Below are positions 28,362-36,851 of a DNA stretch of 64,000 nt, in pieces (position 1 is the stretch's first letter; each line of letters begins with the position of its first letter). The stretch comes from Myxococcales bacterium (GTDB lineage Bacteria; Myxococcota_A; Bradymonadia; UBA7976; UBA1532): the NCBI GenBank assembly GCA_002731825.1, contig PCCS01000050.1:46833-110832 (forward strand), in the 5' to 3' direction. The notes below the pieces were generated by a model. That model saw nothing but the letters and a program-made list of their open reading frames with translations, did not search any database and was not told the DNA's origin. The position numbers and the translations under genes were made by a program.

Positions 28362-28912
28362 CAGATGATCCTCCAATGAGAGATTTGGGGGGCATCCTAC
28401 AGACCAAGATCACGTACGGCAAGCGGACCAGAAATTTTATGGCTTTGGGTCACCATTTGTTTCGTTTAGCCAGTGGATTGCCCGCCGAACGATTTGGAAT
28501 TCATTAAGGGCGTGGCCGCCTGGCGTCGGTCGGGCATCATCGGCGTAAATAGTCCAATTGATGCAGGCGCCATTTAACACTTGAGCGAGATTATTTTTAT
28601 GCAAACAAACTCAGATACTCAGGCCGTATACTTCTTGGCTCGGAAACAGGGGGTATTGGGTGGTGTCTGGAATACGTCAGTGATCCAGAGTTTTGAGTGT
28701 AATGGGTCTCGCCGAGGGCCTTCAATCGACGGTTTGGCGACTTGAGTCGATTTATTGTCCGAGGTTTGCTGCTCGTCTCCTTTGTTTGTATGATCTGCCA
28801 AACGGTATTCCTCAGCTTGAGTTGTCCCTATTAGGTCTCCTTGATCGTGACGGCATCTATGCGAGTTGGCAAAGGTAAATGAACGGGCGCATTGCTCATT
28901 TAGGATCCATGA

Positions 28913-29731
28913 ATGACAGAACTGACACTCAAGGCGATGTTCGACAGAGATGGTTATGTCGTCATACCAACGGCCATTGATCCTCATTTATGTCAAGACG
29001 CCATGGCCAGGGCGTGGACACTTGCTGATGACTTTGCCCCAGCTGACCTTTCAGCACCTTTTACGACGGACCCAAACAAACGCTACGTCGACCGGTATTT
29101 TCTGAATTCAGCGCGATCGATTTCAGTGTTCTATGAGGACCCAGATGTTGTCGGAGGTGAAACGCGGCGACCCAATAAAATCGGACATGCGCTCCATGAA
29201 CGAGACGTTTTCTTTTCCCGCTTTGCGCGTCTACCAATCATCCAAGATGCAGTGGCCCGTCTTGGCATACAGAATCCAAAGTTGATTCAATCGATGGTGG
29301 TTTTTAAGACAGCGCACGGTGGAGGCTCAGTCAATTGGCATCGTGACAGCACGTTTTTGTTTGCAGACCCCTATCCCATACTCGGTATATGGATCGCCTT
29401 GGAGCCAGCCCGTCTTGACAATGGCTGCCTTCAAGTCTCTCCGGGCTCCCATAGCAGTCGATTGCCGACCCGTTACATTAGAACATCTGATGACTCATGC
29501 GTTTTTGACCAGATGTCTGAATCGAGGAGGTCTTGGCACCAGACCGCAGCGATCGAAGTCGACACCGGCTCGATGGTTTTAATGCATGGTCATCTTGCTC
29601 ATGCCAGTATGCCTAATCGGTCGTCTCGTTCGAGATTAGCCTTTACGCTTCATGTACTTGATGGGCGCAGTCACTATGCCTCAGACAATTGGCTGCGCAC
29701 GTCGTCCGATGACCCATTTCGTAGCTTCTAG
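28913..29731 (+). CDS. Phytanoyl-CoA dioxygenase (PhyH) family Fe(II)/2-oxoglutarate oxygenase
   Basis: 272 aa. N-terminus FDRDGYVVIPTAIDP. Facial-triad context NWHRDS ... HGHLAHAS. Confidence 0.7.
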   Translation: MTELTLKAMFDRDGYVVIPTAIDPHLCQDAMARAWTLADDFAPADLSAPFTTDPNKRYVDRYFLNSARSISVFYEDPDVVGGETRRPNKIGHALHERDVFFSRFARLPIIQDAVARLGIQNPKLIQSMVVFKTAHGGGSVNWHRDSTFLFADPYPILGIWIALEPARLDNGCLQVSPGSHSSRLPTRYIRTSDDSCVFDQMSESRRSWHQTAAIEVDTGSMVLMHGHLAHASMPNRSSRSRLAFTLHVLDGRSHYASDNWLRTSSDDPFRSF

Positions 29732-29789
29732 GGCTAGTGGTCCTGTTCGTTGAACCAAGTTCAATTGGGATTCAGTGGCATCGCCAGAT

Positions 29790-32700
29790 TTAAGGCGTAT
29801 TATTTTTGGGACTTTGATAGCGTTTAAACAGGCTAATATTATCCCGCAACGACGATTCATAAGGCCTCACATTTGCCCGTGGAGTCGAATATTCCAAGAG
29901 GTGATTATTGTCGCTTGAGATCAAATCCAATGCATTGATCCCAAGGGCACTCATGCCCATAAGAAACCGGTCGAGTTCTCGCGGGTTGAGCAATAGGTAT
30001 TGACTGAGATCGGGCAACGTACCCCCAAACAGGTCCAGGAGCGGCTTTAGATTTGGTACGCGAGTTAGGCTCCCGGCAATCTTTGGATTGGGTGGGCAGG
30101 ACTTTGGGCAGGCGACCATCATGCCTTGTCCTCCAACCATGTAAAGCCAGACATCATCAAATTCATTTCTCATTGTTGCAATAATGGAAACGAGATCAGT
30201 TGAACTGAGTCGATGAAGTTGAATCCATTGCTGGAATACACCCTGAGGACGAAGCCTACTTTTTGCCAGCTTATAGAACTCTGAATTGTATAGCGATGCT
30301 GCACCGGCAAACCAGATGCTGCTGACTTCGATGCTGATCAGGTCATATTCCTTTTCTGTGAGCATCAAATAGTTTCGGCCATCGGTGACGTAGGTATTGA
30401 TGCCTTCACGGGATAAGACTTTGCCATTTTTTCGACCAAAATAAGTTTTGGCTAGACGCAGTAAATCGTCACTGAGTTCGACGATATCGACGGTTTGATA
30501 GCCTCCGTCATGTAAGGTTCGGGCGGTCACTCCCGTGCCAAAACCCACAACTAAACTGCTCTGCCTCTTATCCGTATGCATCATTGGGACTAATCCGAAG
30601 CCCACTTGCGCACGCATTTCTCGTTTGTTTGATGAATCGCCCTGGAATTTACCGTTGGTTAGAAGCGTGTGGATGACCTCGCCATGCTCATCTTCAGACC
30701 GTTGAACTGTTGTCAGCCCACCATCCAAACTTTCTGCATAATCAATCACATCTCCATAGCCTTGTGCATGGAAGTACACATTGGCGCCAGAGGCCAATTG
30801 GTTCATTTTGAAACCGTCTGGCAAACATGGAAAAAGTGCCATGCAGACAAGCAGAGGGAGAAGCAGACGTCGCCGCTCCTCGCTCGGTAGGCTCCATGCA
30901 ACGAGAACGCTCAGTCCGAGCGCTGTTCCAGCGATCAGTTCGAGAGTTGAGAATGAACCCAAACTGGGGATGAGAACGAAGCCGCCAATTAAAGCGCCGA
31001 TAATATTGCCTAGGGTATTACTCGCGGATGCGCGCCCCAGTGCTAAAAGCCGACTCTGAGGCCAAGCGTGCCCGACAAGTTCCATTGAGAACGGATACGC
31101 AAGACCGATCAAGGTGCTGACAGGGAGCATGGTCAATGCGCAGGTGACGAAGCGCACGAATTCTCTTTTCTCGAAGGTTCTTGTCTCCGTGTATTGGGAG
31201 AAGCTTTCAAAATAGGCTGGAATTTGATCCCACCAAAACAAGCCCATCACGATGACAAAGGCCATACCAAGATAGCTGTATGCCAAGCCAATGCCCGCAG
31301 AGACATCTCTATCGAGAAGGCGTCGGCTGACGCTCGCACCCCCACCGAGACCGACGAGGAAACAGAAGAGCATCAGGGCAAATGCGTAGACACTATTACC
31401 GGCGACAACGGCCAGCAGATGAATGTATGTTGACTCCAGCGCGAGCGTAAGCACGCCGCCGATTGTGAGCACAAAAACAGCCACTTTACCGCGGCTCAAT
31501 TGGGCCGAGGTTGCTGCAGGCTGGGGGAGCTGCGCCTCGTCTGTGTCCGTCGATAGCGTTTGGATGGCGTTGTTTGTCTGATCACTGTGCTGTCGCAGTA
31601 AGATCTTACCGATCCAAAGGGCCGCCAGAGCGGCGATGAGGTTCATGCCGACAGCAATGCCCGTGGTTCCCTGACTTCCGAAGGCCGGTAGCAGAAGATA
31701 TCCCGTTGCTAACGCTCCGGCAGCTGCACCCAAGGTGTTGGCGCTGTAGAGTCGGCCAACAGAACTGCCGAAATGCTCATTTTTTTCTTCGAAATAAGCC
31801 GTTAAAACCGGCAGGGTCATTCCCATTAATACCGTCGGTGGTGTGAGAATCAGTAATCCAAAAAAGAGTTGGATAGCGACAAGTTTCGGGTCTGCAGGAT
31901 CACCGCCAGACGCCACAGCAATGTACATGTCTCTAATCAGGCTAAAGAGCCACGGTGTGAGAATACACCAAATCGCAATACCGACCTCGCAGAGCATATA
32001 GACTCTGATTGGGTCATGCTTCGCATTCGCGACACGACCGCCGATCCAAGATCCAATTGCAATCCCCGCCATAAAGGCTGTGAGAACCGTGGCGGATGCG
32101 GTCCCCATGCTGCCGAATGTTAATGCCAATGCTTTTGCAAATACGACTTGATACACTAAGGCAGCGAATCCAGATGCGAAAAACATGGCAATGAGCCATG
32201 GCGCAAATCGGTCTGGTTTTGACGGTGTCATCGGGGTCGCCGTCATCTTAATGTCTAAGGCATTTATGTACGGGCGCAGCTCGTTTAACGACACGATGAA
32301 ATGCACGATTGTGATGCCGGCAAAAAGCAGGGTCAACCAACTCTGGTCTCTCAACATCACAGGGGCGTAGAGAACGGCTGCGCACCAGGCCATAAATAAG
32401 ACCGCCGCATATGGAGCTTTGGCGATTCGTCTTGGTCCCGGATGAATTAAACTCAAAATCCCTATGACCAAGGGCCCCGCAGCTAAGAGGTCGACAATAT
32501 AATGAAGACCTAAGCCGATTGTTGCGAGCAGGGTGAGCACGAGGAAGAGAGTCGCTATAGAAAATACGATTCGGCCCAATGGTCTCGCATAGGCCACGAC
32601 TACTAAGGCCCATGCGGTGTGAAGGGATGGAAAACAGTTTCGATATTCTGGTATTGCCAAATAGCGAATTGACTTCATCTTCTCCGGGTCCGGCGGGTCA

Positions 32701-33506
32701 CCCGGAAACCCTGATCTGAAAAAGTAGGTTGGTCCGACAACCGGGATGATGTGGTAGAGGGCAAAGCCGGCGACCCCCACCCAAAGAAATGCCGATAAAA
32801 TCCCACTTTCATTCTGCCCTTTTAGTCGTTTAGACAGGACGAAAACAGCCGCTGCAGCCGCAGGGAGATGCATATAAATAAGAACAAGTAGGCCTCGTAA
32901 TAGGGGCATTGACGCCACACCTGCGGCGATCTGGAAAGATGGCGATTGGAAAAATGCGGAGTCGATCATATAGACCGATGCATCGAAAACCCGGGGATGG
33001 AGTAGTCGCGTCAGTCCTATAAAACTAATGCTGGCCGCAATAAAGCCGGGAAGAAGGTACATTTTTTGGAGGATGCCTGATGACCGATTTGAGCGGAACG
33101 ATTGCAGGCCGATTTGAGTCGCGATGGCCGTCAAACCGAGACCGGTTCCTAAGTTTAAAAGCACTTGGTACGGCGTGTGAGGGCCGCCAGGTCGATAGCG
33201 GCTGAGAGCGATGTCGATCATGACACCCACAAGACCGACCAGTAGGCTCGTCCGAAGTCCGGGTCTTTGGCTTAGAAAAATTAAAAATGAGCCGAGTAAA
33301 GCCGAACTCAGAAAGGGAGAGCCATTGCCAAAAAGACCGAGAACATGTTTATGCGGCGGGTCGACGACGGTTGCAAGACCAAGGCATTCACCAACCAGGA
33401 TCAACGCGATCAATGCTTGGGTCCAACCGCTGGCAGACTGAGCGTATAGATTCGAATTTGAGTCAGATGGACTCTCGGATGATTCTGCGACAGACGGACT
33501 AGACAT
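29790..33506 (-). CDS. Three-module membrane fusion: PAP2_3-like phosphotransferase domain + MFS-like domain + spermidine-synthase-like domain
   Basis: 1238 aa. Residues ~1-430 are polytopic with PAP2 motifs FPSLHTAWA (aa 292-300) and GLHYIVDLLAG (aa 333-343). From about aa 435 (FASGFAALVYQVVFAKAL) it follows the pattern of 'fused MFS/spermidine synthase' proteins. The C-terminal Rossmann segment is VVGFGTGVTARTL..VDIVELSDDLL..DLISIEVSS. Confidence 0.8.
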   Translation of the reverse strand: MSSPSVAESSESPSDSNSNLYAQSASGWTQALIALILVGECLGLATVVDPPHKHVLGLFGNGSPFLSSALLGSFLIFLSQRPGLRTSLLVGLVGVMIDIALSRYRPGGPHTPYQVLLNLGTGLGLTAIATQIGLQSFRSNRSSGILQKMYLLPGFIAASISFIGLTRLLHPRVFDASVYMIDSAFFQSPSFQIAAGVASMPLLRGLLVLIYMHLPAAAAAVFVLSKRLKGQNESGILSAFLWVGVAGFALYHIIPVVGPTYFFRSGFPGDPPDPEKMKSIRYLAIPEYRNCFPSLHTAWALVVVAYARPLGRIVFSIATLFLVLTLLATIGLGLHYIVDLLAAGPLVIGILSLIHPGPRRIAKAPYAAVLFMAWCAAVLYAPVMLRDQSWLTLLFAGITIVHFIVSLNELRPYINALDIKMTATPMTPSKPDRFAPWLIAMFFASGFAALVYQVVFAKALALTFGSMGTASATVLTAFMAGIAIGSWIGGRVANAKHDPIRVYMLCEVGIAIWCILTPWLFSLIRDMYIAVASGGDPADPKLVAIQLFFGLLILTPPTVLMGMTLPVLTAYFEEKNEHFGSSVGRLYSANTLGAAAGALATGYLLLPAFGSQGTTGIAVGMNLIAALAALWIGKILLRQHSDQTNNAIQTLSTDTDEAQLPQPAATSAQLSRGKVAVFVLTIGGVLTLALESTYIHLLAVVAGNSVYAFALMLFCFLVGLGGGASVSRRLLDRDVSAGIGLAYSYLGMAFVIVMGLFWWDQIPAYFESFSQYTETRTFEKREFVRFVTCALTMLPVSTLIGLAYPFSMELVGHAWPQSRLLALGRASASNTLGNIIGALIGGFVLIPSLGSFSTLELIAGTALGLSVLVAWSLPSEERRRLLLPLLVCMALFPCLPDGFKMNQLASGANVYFHAQGYGDVIDYAESLDGGLTTVQRSEDEHGEVIHTLLTNGKFQGDSSNKREMRAQVGFGLVPMMHTDKRQSSLVVGFGTGVTARTLHDGGYQTVDIVELSDDLLRLAKTYFGRKNGKVLSREGINTYVTDGRNYLMLTEKEYDLISIEVSSIWFAGAASLYNSEFYKLAKSRLRPQGVFQQWIQLHRLSSTDLVSIIATMRNEFDDVWLYMVGGQGMMVACPKSCPPNPKIAGSLTRVPNLKPLLDLFGGTLPDLSQYLLLNPRELDRFLMGMSALGINALDLISSDNNHLLEYSTPRANVRPYESSLRDNISLFKRYQSPKNNTP

Positions 33507-33595
33507 TGCTCTCGATTGGCCCTGGTCTTTCAGATTACAGATGCAAACTCTTATTGCACCTTTGGGACCTCATGTCGATCGGCAGACATGCTGCC

Positions 33596-33832
33596 TTATC
33601 TCGTCGGTTGTCCTCGACCAACTAATTCAGCCAGGAGGCGTTGAAAACGGTCTTTTGGAATGGCTATTTTTTCGCAGACTCGTCCATAGAGCATTAAGGT
33701 CGGAACTGAGCGTCCAGGTCTCTCTTTTTGAGCTTGATGCAACGTGTATAAGATCACCCTTTGCTCTCGGGTCAGACCATCTCTCACATCGGGCAGTTGG
33801 TCAGGGGACAGATAGGGGTGATCGTCATCCAC
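33596..33832 (-). CDS. 78-aa protein with GyrA/ParC N-terminal signature
   Basis: GTG start with AAGGA 7 nt upstream. ...[21 protein letters not shown]... compares with E. coli GyrA ...[21 protein letters not shown].... Exactly 20 residues later, GRVCEK compares with GDVIGK. The opposite-strand ORF 33541..33861 looks non-protein-like. Confidence 0.55.
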   Translation of the reverse strand: [78 protein letters not shown]

Positions 33833-33985
33833 GAGGGTGTCCTTTTAAAAACAGAGATTGACTTTGTCGAGATCTTTGGGTGTTTGATGATGGTGAGTGT
33901 ACACGCTTCTGTAGCGGGAGTATTCTGTATTCGAAACCGGGATTATTCTGCATTCAGAATCTGATCTGAGACTGGACTTGTCGAT

Positions 33986-36028
33986 TTGCTGTGGTTCTTG
34001 ATTGCCATCACGATTGCCTTAGGCGCCTTTTACGGAGGGTGGAGGTTATCGATCTTGCTCGCGTGTGCGGTTGCCGCACTGGCGCTGAGTCGACAAACAG
34101 AGCCTACGGTTCCATTGGACTCGGTGGTCCAGATCAAATCTGAAGAAGACGGTACGGGTCAGAAGACATGCAGGCGATGTCATCCGGGGGAATGGGAAAC
34201 GTGGAATGCCAGTTACCACAAGACGATGACTCAGCTGCCATCCGCCGACACGGTCCTTGCTCCATTCAACCAAGAATTGACAGGTCTGGTCGGACGCTGG
34301 CGACTTTTTCAGGACGCGGGTCTCTATAAGGCCGAGCATACCCAACCCGATGGCGGGAGAAAGACGGCGACGGTGGCGATGCTGACCGGGTCGCATCATA
34401 TGCAGAACTATTGGTTGTCTGTTGGAGACGGCTGGCTGATTCAGCTCCCTTGGGTTTGGTGGATTAAGGGTCAGAGATGGATTCCTGTCGAGATGTCCTT
34501 CCTAAGACCTGCGCCCACGGGTCCCGAACCGCCCGCCGTTTGGAATGACGAATGCGTCTATTGTCATACGACCAGTGGATTTCGCGGTGCCGATCGCGCT
34601 GCGACCTCAACACAAAGCCAAGTGGCCGAGTTAGGGATTTCCTGTGAGTCTTGCCATGGGTCTGCAACGACTCATGTGGCTCATTATCAAAGTCCAATCA
34701 ATCGGTACCTAGGCTGGCTCAAGCGACCATTAGAACAGATCTCAGCCCCCCTCAAACCCACCGATGATAGCATCAATGTGTGCGGCCAATGTCATGGTTT
34801 GTTTGCTCATTTAAAGGGCAGAGAACGAGACCTCTTGGGCGATGCCCATAAGCCTGGAGACGACCTGGCTAAAACCCGCACGTTTCTGCGTTTAGAACCG
34901 TCCCCACTGATTGGAAAACGTCCTGTTTTAAAACCCATTAAGAGTCGGGGCTTCCCGGAGATTCGGGGGCGGACAGGTCCGCTTCATTTAGCCGGTTTGA
35001 GCACAGATGGGTTACACATTCTCGGCGGACCCAAAGCCAGAACAAACCTCTCGGTTTTCATTGATGAGATCGCATTGAATGGTGACTTTGAACCGTATCC
35101 AGGAGGTGGTTTTCTGGCTGTGGCCAAATGGTCCGACCAACAGTGGTACGCCATTCTTGATACCCTCGGCTACACAGGCGTTGCGTTCAAACCATATGAT
35201 TGGAACGCGTTTTGGGATGATGGAACCATGCGCACAGCCGGTCGAGCCCTTAACGGCATGCTCGATTCGGCCTGTACGTCTGCTGGTGAGATGACCTGTG
35301 CGAGCTGCCACACGATGCATGGACATGAGCCCGATGACCAACTCAAAGCTGGGCATCGGGGAAATGCGGCTTGTGCAGACTGTCATAAAGGCTACGTGGA
35401 CGATCCGACGAGTCATAGCCACCATCCATTAAGTGGCGGTGGAAGCGACTGCCAGAACTGCCATATGCCCCATACAACCTACGGACTTTTAGGGGCATCT
35501 CGTACACACCGAGTTGAGAATCCAAAGCCATTTTTGATGCATCAGCGTGGTCGGCCGAACGCATGCAATTTGTGTCACATGGACAAGTCCGTTCGTTGGG
35601 CTCAATCTTGGACCGAAAAATGGTATCAACAAGAAACGCAGGACATGCCCGTCCAAGACTTTTCCCAATTGGATCAACCCGCCGGTTTGGTTTGGCTGCT
35701 CTCTGGTGATGCCGCTCAAAGAGCGATTGCTGCTTGGCATTTAGGTTGGGCAAGCACGCGCGCGGCGAGTGGCACTGACCGTTGGTTGGACGGCTTAAAG
35801 CCCATCCTCAAATCAGATCCCTATGCTGCTGTAAGAGCGATTTTTGAACAGGTGCTCAAGACCGTTCAGCCAAACGAAGAATACGATTTTACGCAGTGGC
35901 CTCCCGACAAGACTCAGCAGGTGCCTCAGGTCGAGAACGGTGCAGGCACTCCCAACGGTCACACTCAATCGTTATACGAAAGCCTGCTACAAAAGCGGTC
36001 CGATAGACGCATAATTATTGCTGAATAG
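33986..36028 (+). CDS. Membrane-anchored multiheme (8 x CxxCH) c-type cytochrome
   Basis: N-terminal TM helix. Heme motifs CRRCH, CVYCH, CESCH, CGQCH, CASCH, CADCH, CQNCH and CNLCH. A heme-free insert of about 140 aa lies between motifs 4 and 5. C-terminal helical (HEAT-like) tail. TTG start is uncertain. Confidence 0.8.
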   Translation: MLWFLIAITIALGAFYGGWRLSILLACAVAALALSRQTEPTVPLDSVVQIKSEEDGTGQKTCRRCHPGEWETWNASYHKTMTQLPSADTVLAPFNQELTGLVGRWRLFQDAGLYKAEHTQPDGGRKTATVAMLTGSHHMQNYWLSVGDGWLIQLPWVWWIKGQRWIPVEMSFLRPAPTGPEPPAVWNDECVYCHTTSGFRGADRAATSTQSQVAELGISCESCHGSATTHVAHYQSPINRYLGWLKRPLEQISAPLKPTDDSINVCGQCHGLFAHLKGRERDLLGDAHKPGDDLAKTRTFLRLEPSPLIGKRPVLKPIKSRGFPEIRGRTGPLHLAGLSTDGLHILGGPKARTNLSVFIDEIALNGDFEPYPGGGFLAVAKWSDQQWYAILDTLGYTGVAFKPYDWNAFWDDGTMRTAGRALNGMLDSACTSAGEMTCASCHTMHGHEPDDQLKAGHRGNAACADCHKGYVDDPTSHSHHPLSGGGSDCQNCHMPHTTYGLLGASRTHRVENPKPFLMHQRGRPNACNLCHMDKSVRWAQSWTEKWYQQETQDMPVQDFSQLDQPAGLVWLLSGDAAQRAIAAWHLGWASTRAASGTDRWLDGLKPILKSDPYAAVRAIFEQVLKTVQPNEEYDFTQWPPDKTQQVPQVENGAGTPNGHTQSLYESLLQKRSDRRIIIAE

Positions 36029-36035
36029 GGCCTGA

Positions 36036-36068
36036 TTTAAAAAAGGCCGAGTGCGGCCCATTTATTTG
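36036..36068. terminator. Bidirectional rho-independent terminator between the cytochrome gene and the Cys-repeat gene
   Basis: GGCCG-AGTG-CGGCC (36045-36058), flanked by AAAAAA (36039-36044; a U-tract for the minus strand) and CATTTATTT (plus strand). Confidence 0.6.
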
Positions 36069-36778
36069 ACGATATACTGACTCTTATCGCTCTTGGGTTC
36101 CACAGTGGGTGTTGTTTTCTTTGGGCAGCCGTCTGAATCTGGATGGTCTTTACAAAAATAGGCCACCGTGATTCCGAGATTGCATGCAACACACTGCGCC
36201 TTAGGCTCTCGGCAGCATGGGTGATTAATTGCCCCACTGCAGCCAGGGAGTTTAGGTTTATCTCTGCAAACTTCATTGATGGTCTTGCCCGTCTGACAGG
36301 CTATGCAGGTTGCGAATGCGTCCTCGCAACACTCAGGCTTTTCCGCCTTGGGTGGCGCACAGCCATTGGTTTCAGGGCGCTGCGCACAATAGTCAGCGAT
36401 GGATACTTTTGCTTGGCATGCCAGACAGCGCACTGCAGGCATCTTGCAACAGTCTTTGGATTTAATTTTGGTTAGCAGTCGTTTTTGGCAGCGCTCTTTA
36501 CACTGACGCCTATCGGCCATGTGTCTGCATTTAGAGATGCACTTCTTGACAACTCTCAGTGTGTGACCGCTTTTCGTTGTACCCGCTGTTTCCGGTGAGC
36601 GCACACGGACTTCAGACTGAGCCAAAGAAGTCAGACAAAAGAAAATAAATAGAGTGTTTAATGCTAATGGCAACGGTCTTAATCTACAGGAGGTCATACG
36701 CTTTGAAATCCTAGCAAGTCGGTGGCAGCTCCACTTGTAAAACGAGTCTTTGGTTTTCATATTCATCGTCGAGCCCAC
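36062..36778 (-). CDS. Secreted cysteine-rich protein with three tandem CC-x6-C-x2-C-x9-C-x8-C repeats
   Basis: The likely true start is ATG 36697 (MTSCRLRPLPLALNTLFIFFCLTSLAQS, a signal peptide). Three repeats have identical Cys spacing (aa 110-140, 150-180, 188-218 of the 238-aa track ORF). No family recognised. Confidence 0.7.
   Translation of the reverse strand: MGSTMNMKTKDSFYKWSCHRLARISKRMTSCRLRPLPLALNTLFIFFCLTSLAQSEVRVRSPETAGTTKSGHTLRVVKKCISKCRHMADRRQCKERCQKRLLTKIKSKDCCKMPAVRCLACQAKVSIADYCAQRPETNGCAPPKAEKPECCEDAFATCIACQTGKTINEVCRDKPKLPGCSGAINHPCCREPKAQCVACNLGITVAYFCKDHPDSDGCPKKTTPTVEPKSDKSQYIVK
36125..36451 (-). repeat. Coding tandem repeat: 3 copies of a ~31-residue six-cysteine module
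   Basis: CCKMPAVRCLACQAKVSIADYCAQRPETNGC / CCEDAFATCIACQTGKTINEVCRDKPKLPGC / CCREPKAQCVACNLGITVAYFCKDHPDSDGC. Confidence 0.9.
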
Positions 36779-36851
36779 TCAAGGTCAAGACAAACTGCTG
36801 TGTATACTTGAGGAGACCTATCCGAGGGCACAGGAGACTGCGAACTGTTTC

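Noticed and set aside
28619-28987. 122-aa minus-strand ORF overlapping the PhyH-family gene start.
   Set aside because: Its N-terminal 25 codons are antisense to the well-supported phyH start, and the rest has no protein-like features.
33541-33861. 106-aa plus-strand ORF covering the GyrA-like mini-gene.
   Set aside because: It is antisense to the ORF that carries the specific LPDVRDGL...ILY signature and a proper RBS. Its own translation is Leu/Arg/Ser-rich without motifs.
36143-36475. 110-aa plus-strand ORF inside the Cys-repeat gene.
   Set aside because: It is antisense to a gene with a signal peptide and a perfectly periodic cysteine pattern, so it is a shadow ORF.
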